A model generated the notes under the pieces. That model was not told where the DNA came from. It did no database searches and saw only the letters and a list, made by a program, of their open reading frames with translations. A stretch of 64,000 bases of DNA, taken from Podarcis pityusensis (taxonomy: Eukaryota). The stretch lies in NCBI GenBank assembly GCA_964106645.2, contig OZ067043.1; one strand, written 5' to 3'. Below, in pieces: positions 63,484 to 64,000 of the stretch. How positions within the stretch are numbered: position 1 is the stretch's first letter; each line of letters begins with the position of its first letter. Position numbers and translations under genes: made by a program.

Positions 63484-64000
63484 TACGTAGTTGGCTCTCA
63501 GGGGAGCCAGGAGCTGCTGGAAGATCAGAGGGAAGACTCCCCTGTCGCTGGGCTACTCACAGACTATTTAAGGAAGCCCCACTCCCTGAGCCCACCATGG
63601 GTCTTATCCACCCATCCACCATTTATTTCGTAAGTTCTTGGTTTTGATGTGGTTATCATCTGGTTCTGCTTCACCCCCTATTCTTTTTTTCTCTCCATGC
63701 AGTCACTTTGCTGCAAACATCAGTCAGTTGCTCTATGATGGGGCTGGGAAGGGTATGGAGGGTATTACAAATCTAAGACGTGTGGGATGTGAAACTTATA
63801 GCAGTCAAGTACAACATTCCTACAGTGGACATGTTAGGGGATATTTTTGTACCACTCAGGATAAAACCTCCTGTATCCTCCTGAGCTGGGACAGACTTCC
63901 ACTGCATGTGACTTGATGTGGGTGTGGCCTGTTGTTGGTAGAGGAGCACATGGCCTCCATATTCTGCTCTCTGTGTTCTCCATTTTTGTTTTCCTATGTG

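Noticed and set aside
44532-64000. DAB1 exon 4 (GVVAGARSKGEHKQKIFLT...) or a nested gene
   Set aside because: No matching exon seen; a GEH-like triplet near 63975 lacks the rest of the peptide. The region reads as intron with repeats.

Overview
Vertebrate genomic DNA, most likely a lacertid lizard, judged from its Sauria SINE subtypes. The window holds the 3' part of DAB1 (Disabled-1, the Reelin-pathway adaptor) on the minus strand. Exons 5-14 can be placed to the base from GT-AG sites and reading frame (132, 120, 39, 66, 60, 63, 109, 549, 128 nt and 84 coding nt). There is also a 57-nt cassette exon in intron 9 and a last exon starting at 4424 with a 3' UTR of about 3.4 kb. Exons 2-4 lie beyond position 64000. 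Introns carry Sauria SINEs, hAT and Tc1/mariner (Tigger-like) MITEs, CR1/L2/L1 fragments, LTR-like remnants and microsatellites. The most interesting signal: the nominally non-coding last exon opens in phase 0 with a 14-codon frame, EREPLYAQINRPKK*, an EPIYA/EPLYA-type, Csk-SH2-like tyrosine motif. It is in frame with DAB1 by three routes: exon 14 skipping, an internal GTAAGT donor in exon 14, or read-through of the UAG. Intron 9 also has a candidate 18-nt microexon and a candidate poison exon. Exon numbering and comparisons to human, mouse and chicken DAB1 are from memory and were not checked against a database.
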